DNA of 13,031 nucleotides from Candidatus Heimdallarchaeota archaeon (lineage in GTDB: Archaea; Asgardarchaeota; Heimdallarchaeia; Heimdallarchaeales; DAOWED01), in NCBI GenBank assembly GCA_030638685.1, contig DAOWED010000050.1, forward strand, positions 1-13,031. Reading direction: 5' to 3'. A program made the translations under genes and the position numbers. Below are positions 1 to 6,853 of the stretch, piece after piece. The notes beneath the pieces are model-generated. The model made no database searches. It worked only from the letters and a program-made list of their open reading frames with translations, and was not told the DNA's origin. The number at the start of each line of letters is the position of its first letter. Positions within the stretch are counted from its first letter, which is position 1.

Positions 1-74
1 GAAATGTCTTCCAAAGACCAAAAGAAGAAGCACTTGAATTAGTAAATTCCATCATCGAGATTTACAAAATCTAA
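1..74 (+). CDS. C-terminal fragment of an unidentified protein truncated by the window edge (...NVFQRPKEEALELVNSIIEIYKI*)
   Basis: Frame 3 is open from base 3 to a TAA at 72-74 and reads as a plausible amphipathic C-terminal helix. It ends just before the convergent 535-aa ORF. Too short to identify. Confidence 0.45.
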   Translation, partial: NVFQRPKEEALELVNSIIEIYKI

Positions 75-171
75 AAATTAGGAAAACAGATTTACTAAAT
101 GAGATTATCTTTTTTGTAGATCTTGTTAAATTAATCATTTGAACCTAGTTTGAATAATTTTGAGTTGTATT

Positions 172-1779
172 TCATCCATTCATCGGCTTCATTAATGCAT
201 TTAACCTGTTTACTAGTAATTCTACGGTTGCAGGATCTGTTGAAAAGAACCCTTCTCTAGCATTTCTTATTCTCTCATGTGTTTGGTTGAAGAAGGCTAT
301 CATTGCAAATTTAAGGCTAGAACTGTTATAAACGCTGAAATAGAATTTTGTCCCCAAGTTTATTATTGGACAAATTTCCACATTTGGAGAATCAATATTA
401 CTGTCTAGTACTTTATCCCAGTGACCAAATAAGTACGTCTTAATGTCAGCCTTATCTTTTGCTAGCTTTGAAGTTTTTAACATCTCACCTATAAAGGGTG
501 CTCCTGCATAAAGTTCACCATTTTCCCCGTGTTTAAAGATGTACTCTTCAACTGATTCGCTTATTTTCTTGTAAAGGGCGTCTTCAATAAGAAGATGGAC
601 CGGTTCATCCTTCTTAATATATCCATCATATGGTTTTCTTCCATCCGGGTGTTCTTTAATTATATTTTGAAGATGATCAACCAGATCTTCTAAATTAGGT
701 TCTTTGGTAGGCATATCTTTTCTGTTAAGAGAAAAAGTAGGTTCTAACTGAGCTAAAACGGCCTCAACTGAAGTTAACTGTTTTACGTCGGTTCGTAGAA
801 GTGTTTGTTCAGGGGCACCATATTCAATTAAATCAAGTAGTTCTCCTAAAAAGCCTAATGGTCCCATTCTGACTTGTTCTTTTATAACCATAGGTCGTAA
901 AATGTCAACTAAATTTGGAAGCAAATGATAATCAATTTTATCAGAAAGATAAGCATAGACTTCTCCGGGGACAGAAATATTAATCTCTCTTCCATTATCT
1001 ATGTATCCTACATAGGTCCTATCTACAAGAAAAGCTTCTAAACTGGTTAATTTGTTCTTTTTGCGTAACTGGTTAACATACTCATAAAATCGTCCCTTGT
1101 CAATTTGAAGAACTAAAGCCCACCAATGGTCGGGAGACGTGAGAGGGATTGGTCTCACCCAGTAATAAGCATCTCTTTCTGTTAAAACTGCTCCATCACA
1201 TTGATCTAAGATTTTTTCGTGAAGAATATCAACAGCTCTTTTCCAGAGATTGCTAGTATGTGAACGCGTGAGATTAGGATTTTGGGCATATTCGATAATC
1301 CAACTTTCTTGGGTAACTATTCCAATAACCCCACACCATGGGTTTTCTTTAAGAAAACTATCTATGAGGTTGGAAGCTTTCATCATTCCACCAGTAGAAG
1401 TTGGAAGCCTTGCACCAAGCACTTTGTCAAGTTCATCAGCCAGAAGCTTTAAGTCACCCACTCTTCCCTTTACACTAATGATAAAATCGCTATTTTTGCG
1501 AACCACATCTCTTACTTTCTGAAGAAGATGCCTTGATCCAGCAATAGCCATGGAGTTTTTCACCCGTAAAGCAATGAGAAAGTCATCTACTCTAGTATAC
1601 ACGATGTAGGATTGCTCCATAAATTCAATCTGTATTTTTTCACCAGTAGCTTCTTGTCCAACTAAGTCAAGTGCAGAGATTCTTCCTGCCCCAAGAACTT
1701 CGTCTACTTCTCCCTCTCCTAATTTTATTACTGGAACTGATTGAAGAATTACAAAAAGCTCAAGAACGTCACTATGCAT
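172..1779 (-). CDS. Hypothetical 535-aa soluble multidomain protein; N-terminus possibly longin/roadblock-like
   Basis: Long ORF with ATG at 1777-1779 and an SD-like GGTGA on the minus strand at 1786-1790. The N-terminal ~95 aa (SVPVIKLGEGEVDEVLGAGRISALDLVGQEATGEKIQIEFMEQSYIVYTRVDDFLIALRVKNS) shows an alternating strand pattern resembling small-GTPase-associated longin/roadblock modules. No catalytic motif recognised. Confidence 0.85.
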   Translation of the reverse strand: MHSDVLELFVILQSVPVIKLGEGEVDEVLGAGRISALDLVGQEATGEKIQIEFMEQSYIVYTRVDDFLIALRVKNSMAIAGSRHLLQKVRDVVRKNSDFIISVKGRVGDLKLLADELDKVLGARLPTSTGGMMKASNLIDSFLKENPWCGVIGIVTQESWIIEYAQNPNLTRSHTSNLWKRAVDILHEKILDQCDGAVLTERDAYYWVRPIPLTSPDHWWALVLQIDKGRFYEYVNQLRKKNKLTSLEAFLVDRTYVGYIDNGREINISVPGEVYAYLSDKIDYHLLPNLVDILRPMVIKEQVRMGPLGFLGELLDLIEYGAPEQTLLRTDVKQLTSVEAVLAQLEPTFSLNRKDMPTKEPNLEDLVDHLQNIIKEHPDGRKPYDGYIKKDEPVHLLIEDALYKKISESVEEYIFKHGENGELYAGAPFIGEMLKTSKLAKDKADIKTYLFGHWDKVLDSNIDSPNVEICPIINLGTKFYFSVYNSSSLKFAMIAFFNQTHERIRNAREGFFSTDPATVELLVNRLNALMKPMNG

Positions 1780-1961
1780 AATATCTCACCAAAATCTCAT
1801 CATTGGAATAATGAATCTATTTCCTTTAAACTAATAAAGATTAAGGAATAAAAAAAGATCATTAACTAAATGGTTTCAAAGGAGATAAAAATTCAGAAAA
1901 AAGGGATATAGGAGTTCTTTCTTGCATATTGAAGCCGCCAAAAACTCTTATCCGTGGTTGA

Positions 1962-2843
1962 TTAGGAATAAATGGTTCTCAGAATTGTAGATAGCCCTGA
2001 TGCAAAAATTATTGCCCAGAGACCAAGTTCTAGCTTCATAGCTTTAACTCGTCTAATTAATCTAGCACCAATATTGCTTCCAATAATTGCGCCTATTCCA
2101 ATAATGAGAATTGCTTCAATATTAAATGCCCCACCACTTACCATTTTAGTAACTGTTGAAGAAGTGCTAGTAAAGACTATCAGCAGTGTAGATGTTGCAA
2201 CAGCTAAATGGATTGGAAATCCGCACATTAAAAGAACTGGTACGAAAATAACTCCTCCTCCGACACCTATCATCCCAGCTAACATTCCTCCGAAGAAAAT
2301 ACCTAAGATACCTTTGTAAATATCTACTGTATACTTAAACTCTACTCCCTCATGATCCACAATATGTCGTGGAGATAGCACTAATGGTGGGAATGATCTT
2401 TCTTTAGTAGTTTCTTCCTCTTCTACTAAAGAACCATTAGAATTTTTATTATTATTTTTATTATTATTTTTTCTTTTGATGATTGTAAACGTCTTGTAAG
2501 ATGCAATTAGTATTAATGATCCTCCAAAAATAATTTTAAGGGGTTTTTCATCAATTGCTTCTCTGATAATTGTACCAATGATTGAGCCGAGTACTGCAAG
2601 GGTAGCATAGATTAAAGCAGTCTTATAATCTATTCTTTTTTGCCGGAAAAACTCAAAGGTCGCTGATGTACTTGAGATAAGTATACATGCCAGAGAGATG
2701 GTTATTGCCATCTTAACATCCATATCAAATAATAAGTAAAGAACAGGTACGTAAACCACTCCTCCTCCTAAACCAAAACTTGCTCCAAGTATCGCTGCTC
2801 CAATCCCTAAAACTATATACGCAATTATTAACAAAGGATCCAT
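1962..2843 (-). CDS. TauE/SafE (DUF81) family membrane permease
   Basis: 293 aa and very hydrophobic. Two related halves: LGIGAAILGASFGLGGGVVYVPVLYLLFDMDVKMAITISL and LGIFFGGMLAGMIGVGGGVIFVPVLLMCGFPIHLAVATSTLLIVFTS, the characteristic duplicated G-[LV]-GGG-x(2)-[YF]-VP motif. Confidence 0.9.
   Translation of the reverse strand: MDPLLIIAYIVLGIGAAILGASFGLGGGVVYVPVLYLLFDMDVKMAITISLACILISSTSATFEFFRQKRIDYKTALIYATLAVLGSIIGTIIREAIDEKPLKIIFGGSLILIASYKTFTIIKRKNNNKNNNKNSNGSLVEEEETTKERSFPPLVLSPRHIVDHEGVEFKYTVDIYKGILGIFFGGMLAGMIGVGGGVIFVPVLLMCGFPIHLAVATSTLLIVFTSTSSTVTKMVSGGAFNIEAILIIGIGAIIGSNIGARLIRRVKAMKLELGLWAIIFASGLSTILRTIYS
2441..2473. repeat. Low-complexity A/T tract encoding an Asn/Lys-rich loop (KRKNNNKNNNKNSNG)
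   Basis: Repeated tta/att units 'tttttattattatttttattattatttttt' in the sequence. Confidence 0.7.
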
Positions 2844-2992
2844 AGATTACACCTACTTGTCGTTTGTTGTGTGGCTGTAAAAAATTATTGGTTCAACCAA
2901 ATTTGAATATTCATAAAAAACCGATGTTACAAAAATAAGATAGTGATATAAGTAAGAGTAGAAATTGGTTATTAAGACCGGATGTGTGATTG

Positions 2993-4057
2993 ATGAATAT
3001 TATACCCAAAAAAAAGTTAATAATTTTAATGATACAATTATATTTGATACTAAATCTTACAATACAAGCAGAAGGAGAGAATAGGAATAGTATAGAACTT
3101 CAACAATCAGAATGGTTGTTTAATGAAAATTTAGCATGGGATTTACTACTTGCTCAAGAAACAATTGGCTTTCGATACCCTGGAACGGCTGAACATTTAG
3201 AAACACAAGTCTTTATTGAGAATTATTTTTCAGGACTATCTGAATGGACCTTCACCAGACAAACTTTTGAGTATAATGGAGTGAATTTAGCAAATCTTAT
3301 CGTTGAAAAAGAGAGTTCGAATACACTTAAATGGGTTGTTTTGGGAGCACATTATGATACGAGAGCAAAAGCAGATAATGATACCGTAGACACTTCAGTT
3401 CCAGTAATGGGAGCAAATGATGGTGCATCTGGAGTTGCAGTATTGATGGAATTAGCTAGAGTAGTAGCTGAAAAGATGTTTAATTCATCTATAAGACTAA
3501 TTTTTATTGATGGAGAAGATCAAGGAAGTGGAGGAATGGCAGGATGGGAGTGGATTGTTGGGTCAAGTTACTATGTTGATTCATTATCTGAAAGTGAAAA
3601 AGATGAAATAGAATGTTTTATCTTATTAGATATGATCGGGGACGAGAATTTGAACATTCATTGGGAGAAGAATTCGGACATTGGTTTAAGGGAAGAAATT
3701 TGGCTAGCTGCTGATGCTTTAGGACATGCTGAATTCATCCAAGGAGAGAAATATGGAATGAAAGATGATCATATACCATTTATCCAAGCTGGGATTCCAG
3801 CAGTGGATATAATAGATTTTGATTATCCTTACTGGCACACAAGAAATGATACTAGTGATCATTGTAGTGCTGCTTCACTTAACGCAGTAGGTCAAACTGT
3901 AGAAAAATGGCTTACTGAAAAAGTAGGTTTAAACGAGACTGATCCAAGTATTTCTACTCCGTCTGATGATAACAAAACAACTTTGATGCTCGTATTTGAT
4001 GGAACGATAATAATACTCATTATTGCGTTAAAAAGAAAAAGGAATTTAAAGTTCTGA
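2993..4057 (+). CDS. M28 family zinc peptidase / glutaminyl-peptide cyclotransferase-like protein, with N-terminal signal sequence and C-terminal membrane anchor
   Basis: Motifs GAHYDTRA, GANDGASGVAVLMELAR, LIFIDGEDQGSGG, FILLDMIGDENLNI, KDDHIPFIQAGIPAVDIIDFDYPYWHTRNDTSDH. Hydrophobic N-terminus after KKK, and C-terminal LMLVFDGTIIIILIIALKRKRNLKF. The listed start at 2990 is a TTG; the ATG at 2993 is the more likely start. Confidence 0.93.
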   Translation: MNIIPKKKLIILMIQLYLILNLTIQAEGENRNSIELQQSEWLFNENLAWDLLLAQETIGFRYPGTAEHLETQVFIENYFSGLSEWTFTRQTFEYNGVNLANLIVEKESSNTLKWVVLGAHYDTRAKADNDTVDTSVPVMGANDGASGVAVLMELARVVAEKMFNSSIRLIFIDGEDQGSGGMAGWEWIVGSSYYVDSLSESEKDEIECFILLDMIGDENLNIHWEKNSDIGLREEIWLAADALGHAEFIQGEKYGMKDDHIPFIQAGIPAVDIIDFDYPYWHTRNDTSDHCSAASLNAVGQTVEKWLTEKVGLNETDPSISTPSDDNKTTLMLVFDGTIIILIIALKRKRNLKF

Positions 4058-4909
4058 GCTTACTACGTAGGAATAATCAAGATCATCAATTACTTTATTT
4101 AAGTCATTTAATCGTAAACGTATCTCTAAAGTATGTTCAATGAAGGTTTGACCGTCTTGACGAGCTAAACTAAAGAGGGAGTCCAAATCAATTGTGTCAT
4201 CAAGCCCTCCTGCTATTATTTCACAGACACGACCAATTTCTTCAGTTTCTGTTCTTTCCATTTCTGCTGAATTAACCTTTTTTTTGTCAAGATCAATTTT
4301 TTCAAGAATTTTGGTAGTACCTTCCAATTCTGTTTTAACAAGATCAGTAAAGGGTTTCAAGTAATCAATTTTAATTACGCTGAGCAGAGAGATTATCTGG
4401 TCGAAGCGAATAATTACTTCATTGATAATTTCGTTTACGTCTTGAATTATCGCATCTTCAAAATCATTATCTGAGGAAGGTAAAGGTTGAAGAGATCGAG
4501 TAATTTCTTGATATTCTTGGTTTATTTTAACTAAATTTTTCAGAAGATTAGTATAAGTTAGCAGAGTATTCTGGACCTTTAGTCGAGTATCTTTTAGTTG
4601 AGAGATTGCTCCTTGTTTATTAGCAACGGCTTTCCAATAACCTCTTTCAACTTCTTCTTTAAAATCATCTAAATATGTAGAACTACTTCTAAGTTGAGAA
4701 ACTGTAATTACGTGAAATATGTGATAACTTATTCCTCCCATATCTTCAAGAAGTTCTCTTCTAAGGCTAGGTAACGCCCCTTCGTCACTTCCAAGTAAAC
4801 GGCTTAAGGGGGACGATGCCAGATCAATTAATGATGCTAGAAAGAATCTAGCAGGCTCAAGTATAGACATTTTAAGTTGACTTGAAGTGATCTCGTTATC
4901 CATTATCAT
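4046..4909 (-). CDS. Hypothetical 287-aa predominantly helical / possibly coiled-coil protein
   Basis: Continuous ORF with ATG start. Leu/Ile/Glu/Lys-rich helical periodicity, no recognised domain. Confidence 0.75.
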   Translation of the reverse strand: MIMDNEITSSQLKMSILEPARFFLASLIDLASSPLSRLLGSDEGALPSLRRELLEDMGGISYHIFHVITVSQLRSSSTYLDDFKEEVERGYWKAVANKQGAISQLKDTRLKVQNTLLTYTNLLKNLVKINQEYQEITRSLQPLPSSDNDFEDAIIQDVNEIINEVIIRFDQIISLLSVIKIDYLKPFTDLVKTELEGTTKILEKIDLDKKKVNSAEMERTETEEIGRVCEIIAGGLDDTIDLDSLFSLARQDGQTFIEHTLEIRLRLNDLNKVIDDLDYSYVVSSEL

Positions 4910-4984
4910 AATATGAGATTTAAAGATAATAAAATGATCGATTTGAAATCAAAGAAAAGTGGATAATTGCTAGTTGAAAGCTGC

Positions 4985-5002
4985 TAATCTAGAGATAGAT
5001 TA
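4985..5002 (-). other. Potential stem-loop between plsY and the 287-aa ORF
   Basis: Perfect 7-bp inverted repeat TAATCTA-GAGA-TAGATTA (+ strand), downstream of the plsY stop codon on the minus strand. Confidence 0.4.
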
Positions 5003-5022
5003 ACAGAAGTTTATTGTGACTG

Positions 5023-5029
5023 AAAAAAA
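5023..5029 (-). terminator. Candidate T-tract terminator directly after plsY
   Basis: T7 run on the minus strand immediately after the TAA stop (5030-5032), consistent with archaeal oligo-T termination. Confidence 0.35.
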
Positions 5030-5758
5030 TTACTCTTCTTCTGAAGCAACAGGTTCTTCTGTTGCAGCAGTTTCATCCAGTTTAACTTTCTTGCCTAATT
5101 TTCGTTCTTCACCTTTAAGAAGCCGAACTACGTTAGCTCTGTGTGTGTAATATATGAATGGAACCATTAGTATTCCTAAAAGGGTATGTCCAAAGTCAAA
5201 ATCATGAACGAACATCAAAGTTAACAAGGAGATCCATACCATAACCAGATTTCCCAAGGAAGTATGTCTAGTTACACCAATTACTACCCACCAAGTTACA
5301 AAAATTGCTAGAGCTGTCCAAGGAGAGAAGACCAATAACACTCCCAAAAAGGTAGCTGCTCCTTTTCCACCTGAAAAATTGATATAAATACTGAAACAAT
5401 GACCTACAATTGCAGCAAAGCCTATAAGAGCAATTAAAACGTTCTTTTCGAATAAAGCATCTGAGCTATCATAAATACTGCTATCAATAACTAAAACAGC
5501 AATAAGAGTTGCTATAACGCCTTTTATGATATCAAACATACCGGCAGTAAAGCCTAATTTAAAGCCCAATACTCTTGCAGCATTAGCCCCAGTAGTACTT
5601 TTTGAACCGTAATCTCTAATGTCAATGCCTTTAGCAAGTCTAGCTACGACATAAGCTGAAGGAATAGAACCTAACAGATAACCAATAATTATGAGAGCAA
5701 AATCAATAAACATAGCCTTCAGATATTTGTGAAAAGGTTCATTTTTAATGATTGGCAT
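5030..5758 (-). CDS. plsY: Acyl-phosphate glycerol-3-phosphate acyltransferase (PlsY/YgiH family)
   Basis: Membrane protein with the three PlsY signatures: GYLLGSIPSAYVVARLAKGIDIRDYGSKSTTGANAARVLG, GHCFSIYINFSGGKGAATFLG, and TRHTSLGNLV. Confidence 0.94.
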   Translation of the reverse strand: MPIIKNEPFHKYLKAMFIDFALIIIGYLLGSIPSAYVVARLAKGIDIRDYGSKSTTGANAARVLGFKLGFTAGMFDIIKGVIATLIAVLVIDSSIYDSSDALFEKNVLIALIGFAAIVGHCFSIYINFSGGKGAATFLGVLLVFSPWTALAIFVTWWVVIGVTRHTSLGNLVMVWISLLTLMFVHDFDFGHTLLGILMVPFIYYTHRANVVRLLKGEERKLGKKVKLDETAATEEPVASEEE

Positions 5759-5798
5759 TTTCTAAGAAATTTTTGTAAGAAGATGTAACATGCAAAAC

Positions 5799-5808
5799 CT
5801 ATAAATTC
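5799..5808. promoter_or_regulatory. TATA-like element in the divergent plsY / 79-aa ORF intergenic region
   Basis: CCTATAAATT lies between the two divergent starts and could serve either direction (reverse reading AATTTATAGG). Sequence-only suggestion. Confidence 0.3.
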
Positions 5809-5863
5809 TAGTAACCGGATAGAAAGTAAGTGTAATGATCAGTAGATCTGAGGGTGGTAGAAT

Positions 5864-6103
5864 ATGAATGAAATAACAGTGACAAAGAAGTTTGGTCAAT
5901 TCATTGATGGTTTCGTTATTCCAAAGTTTATTTCAGATACGGTTAAAAAATTGGTTTCAAAATCAGAGCTAATAACCCCAAATATTAGTGATGACAGTTT
6001 AAGAGCGATCTTTATCTCATCTTACATTAAAGCACACCATATAGCAAAGATTAGAATATCATTTGATATGGTAGAACGTATAAGAAACGCTCTAGAAGAT
6101 TAA
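5864..6103 (+). CDS. Hypothetical 79-aa protein
   Basis: ORF with ATG start preceded by GAGGGTGGT (5850-5858) at SD-like spacing. Occupies an otherwise empty + strand interval between a divergent and a convergent gene. Confidence 0.6.
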   Translation: MNEITVTKKFGQFIDGFVIPKFISDTVKKLVSKSELITPNISDDSLRAIFISSYIKAHHIAKIRISFDMVERIRNALED

Positions 6104-6134
6104 ATAATCTCTTGTTTATGTAAGTAAGTAGCGC

Positions 6135-6692
6135 TTAAGCAAAGAATTCAAAGCTGTGCTCGTATTCCTTAATGGATTCTCGCTCTTCTCCCTCAGTTTC
6201 ACGCCAGACTTCCTTAAATTCGTGTTCGACGGTTATTTGTGCAAGGTCATTAAGATACTGTGCAGTTTCTCTGACAATGCGTAAGAAAAGAACCAAGTTA
6301 ACCTCATCAGATCGCCATCTATTATAGGTTCTTATATCCCCTGTGTTTTTGCTAATAATTGGTCTGACAGATGGATATTCACTTGCTTTCTGAAGAATTG
6401 CTTGCAAAAAGTTGGATATCTTTTCTGCAGGTTGCTCTTCTGTAGAAGTAACTACATTTGAGAAGAAGGAAACGAATCGGAAAGAAGAGTCAATTTCGAT
6501 AAAGAAATCTGGTGACTGAGCCCAAACAACGGCTAAAGTGTAAGCCCCATCTCTCTTATCTCTTAAAGGAGTATAGGAAATTGTGGAAAGTTTTAACCAA
6601 TGAGCTATTTTTTCAACAAAATTGGGTACAGAGCGCATAGACTCTATTTTATCATAAGGAGTTCCTGTTATATCGAATGAATTAGGTTTCAT
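6135..6692 (-). CDS. Hypothetical 185-aa protein
   Basis: Continuous ORF with ATG start and mixed alpha/beta composition. No overlapping better ORF. Confidence 0.75.
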   Translation of the reverse strand: MKPNSFDITGTPYDKIESMRSVPNFVEKIAHWLKLSTISYTPLRDKRDGAYTLAVVWAQSPDFFIEIDSSFRFVSFFSNVVTSTEEQPAEKISNFLQAILQKASEYPSVRPIISKNTGDIRTYNRWRSDEVNLVLFLRIVRETAQYLNDLAQITVEHEFKEVWRETEGEERESIKEYEHSFEFFA

Positions 6693-6781
6693 TGATTATC
6701 AACAGAAAATTCTTGATAGAAGATAAAAAACTTACCATAAAAAAAAGAATCTGATGAAAAATTTAAGGCTAATTTGATTGT

Positions 6782-6802
6782 TTGACATTGACAGTTTGTC
6801 GA
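6782..6802 (+). promoter_or_regulatory. Operator-like repeat cluster upstream of hyuA
   Basis: Tandem direct repeat TTGACA-TTGACA, with the second copy forming an imperfect inverted repeat TTGACA-GTT-TGTCGA. Confidence 0.3.
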
Positions 6803-6824
6803 GAAAATCAACGAAACGTGAAGT

Positions 6825-6832
6825 CTTATATT
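6825..6832 (+). promoter_or_regulatory. Candidate archaeal TATA box for hyuA
   Basis: CTTATATT centred about 26-27 nt upstream of the GTG start at 6854, with an A-rich stretch just upstream. Spacing fits a leaderless transcript. Confidence 0.45.
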
Positions 6833-6853
6833 GGGAAGTATAATTAGTAATAT

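Noticed and set aside
1250-1522. 90-aa + strand ORF
   Set aside because: Lies wholly antisense to the 535-aa ORF, with no recognisable motif or independent start signal; shadow ORF.
1972-2319. 115-aa + strand ORF
   Set aside because: Antisense to the TauE/SafE gene; its Pro/Ile-rich composition is the expected complement of Gly/Asn/Asp-rich permease coding sequence.
5864-6692. Toxin-antitoxin pair (79-aa plus 185-aa ORFs)
   Set aside because: The genes are convergent rather than co-directional and neither carries a known toxin or antitoxin motif.
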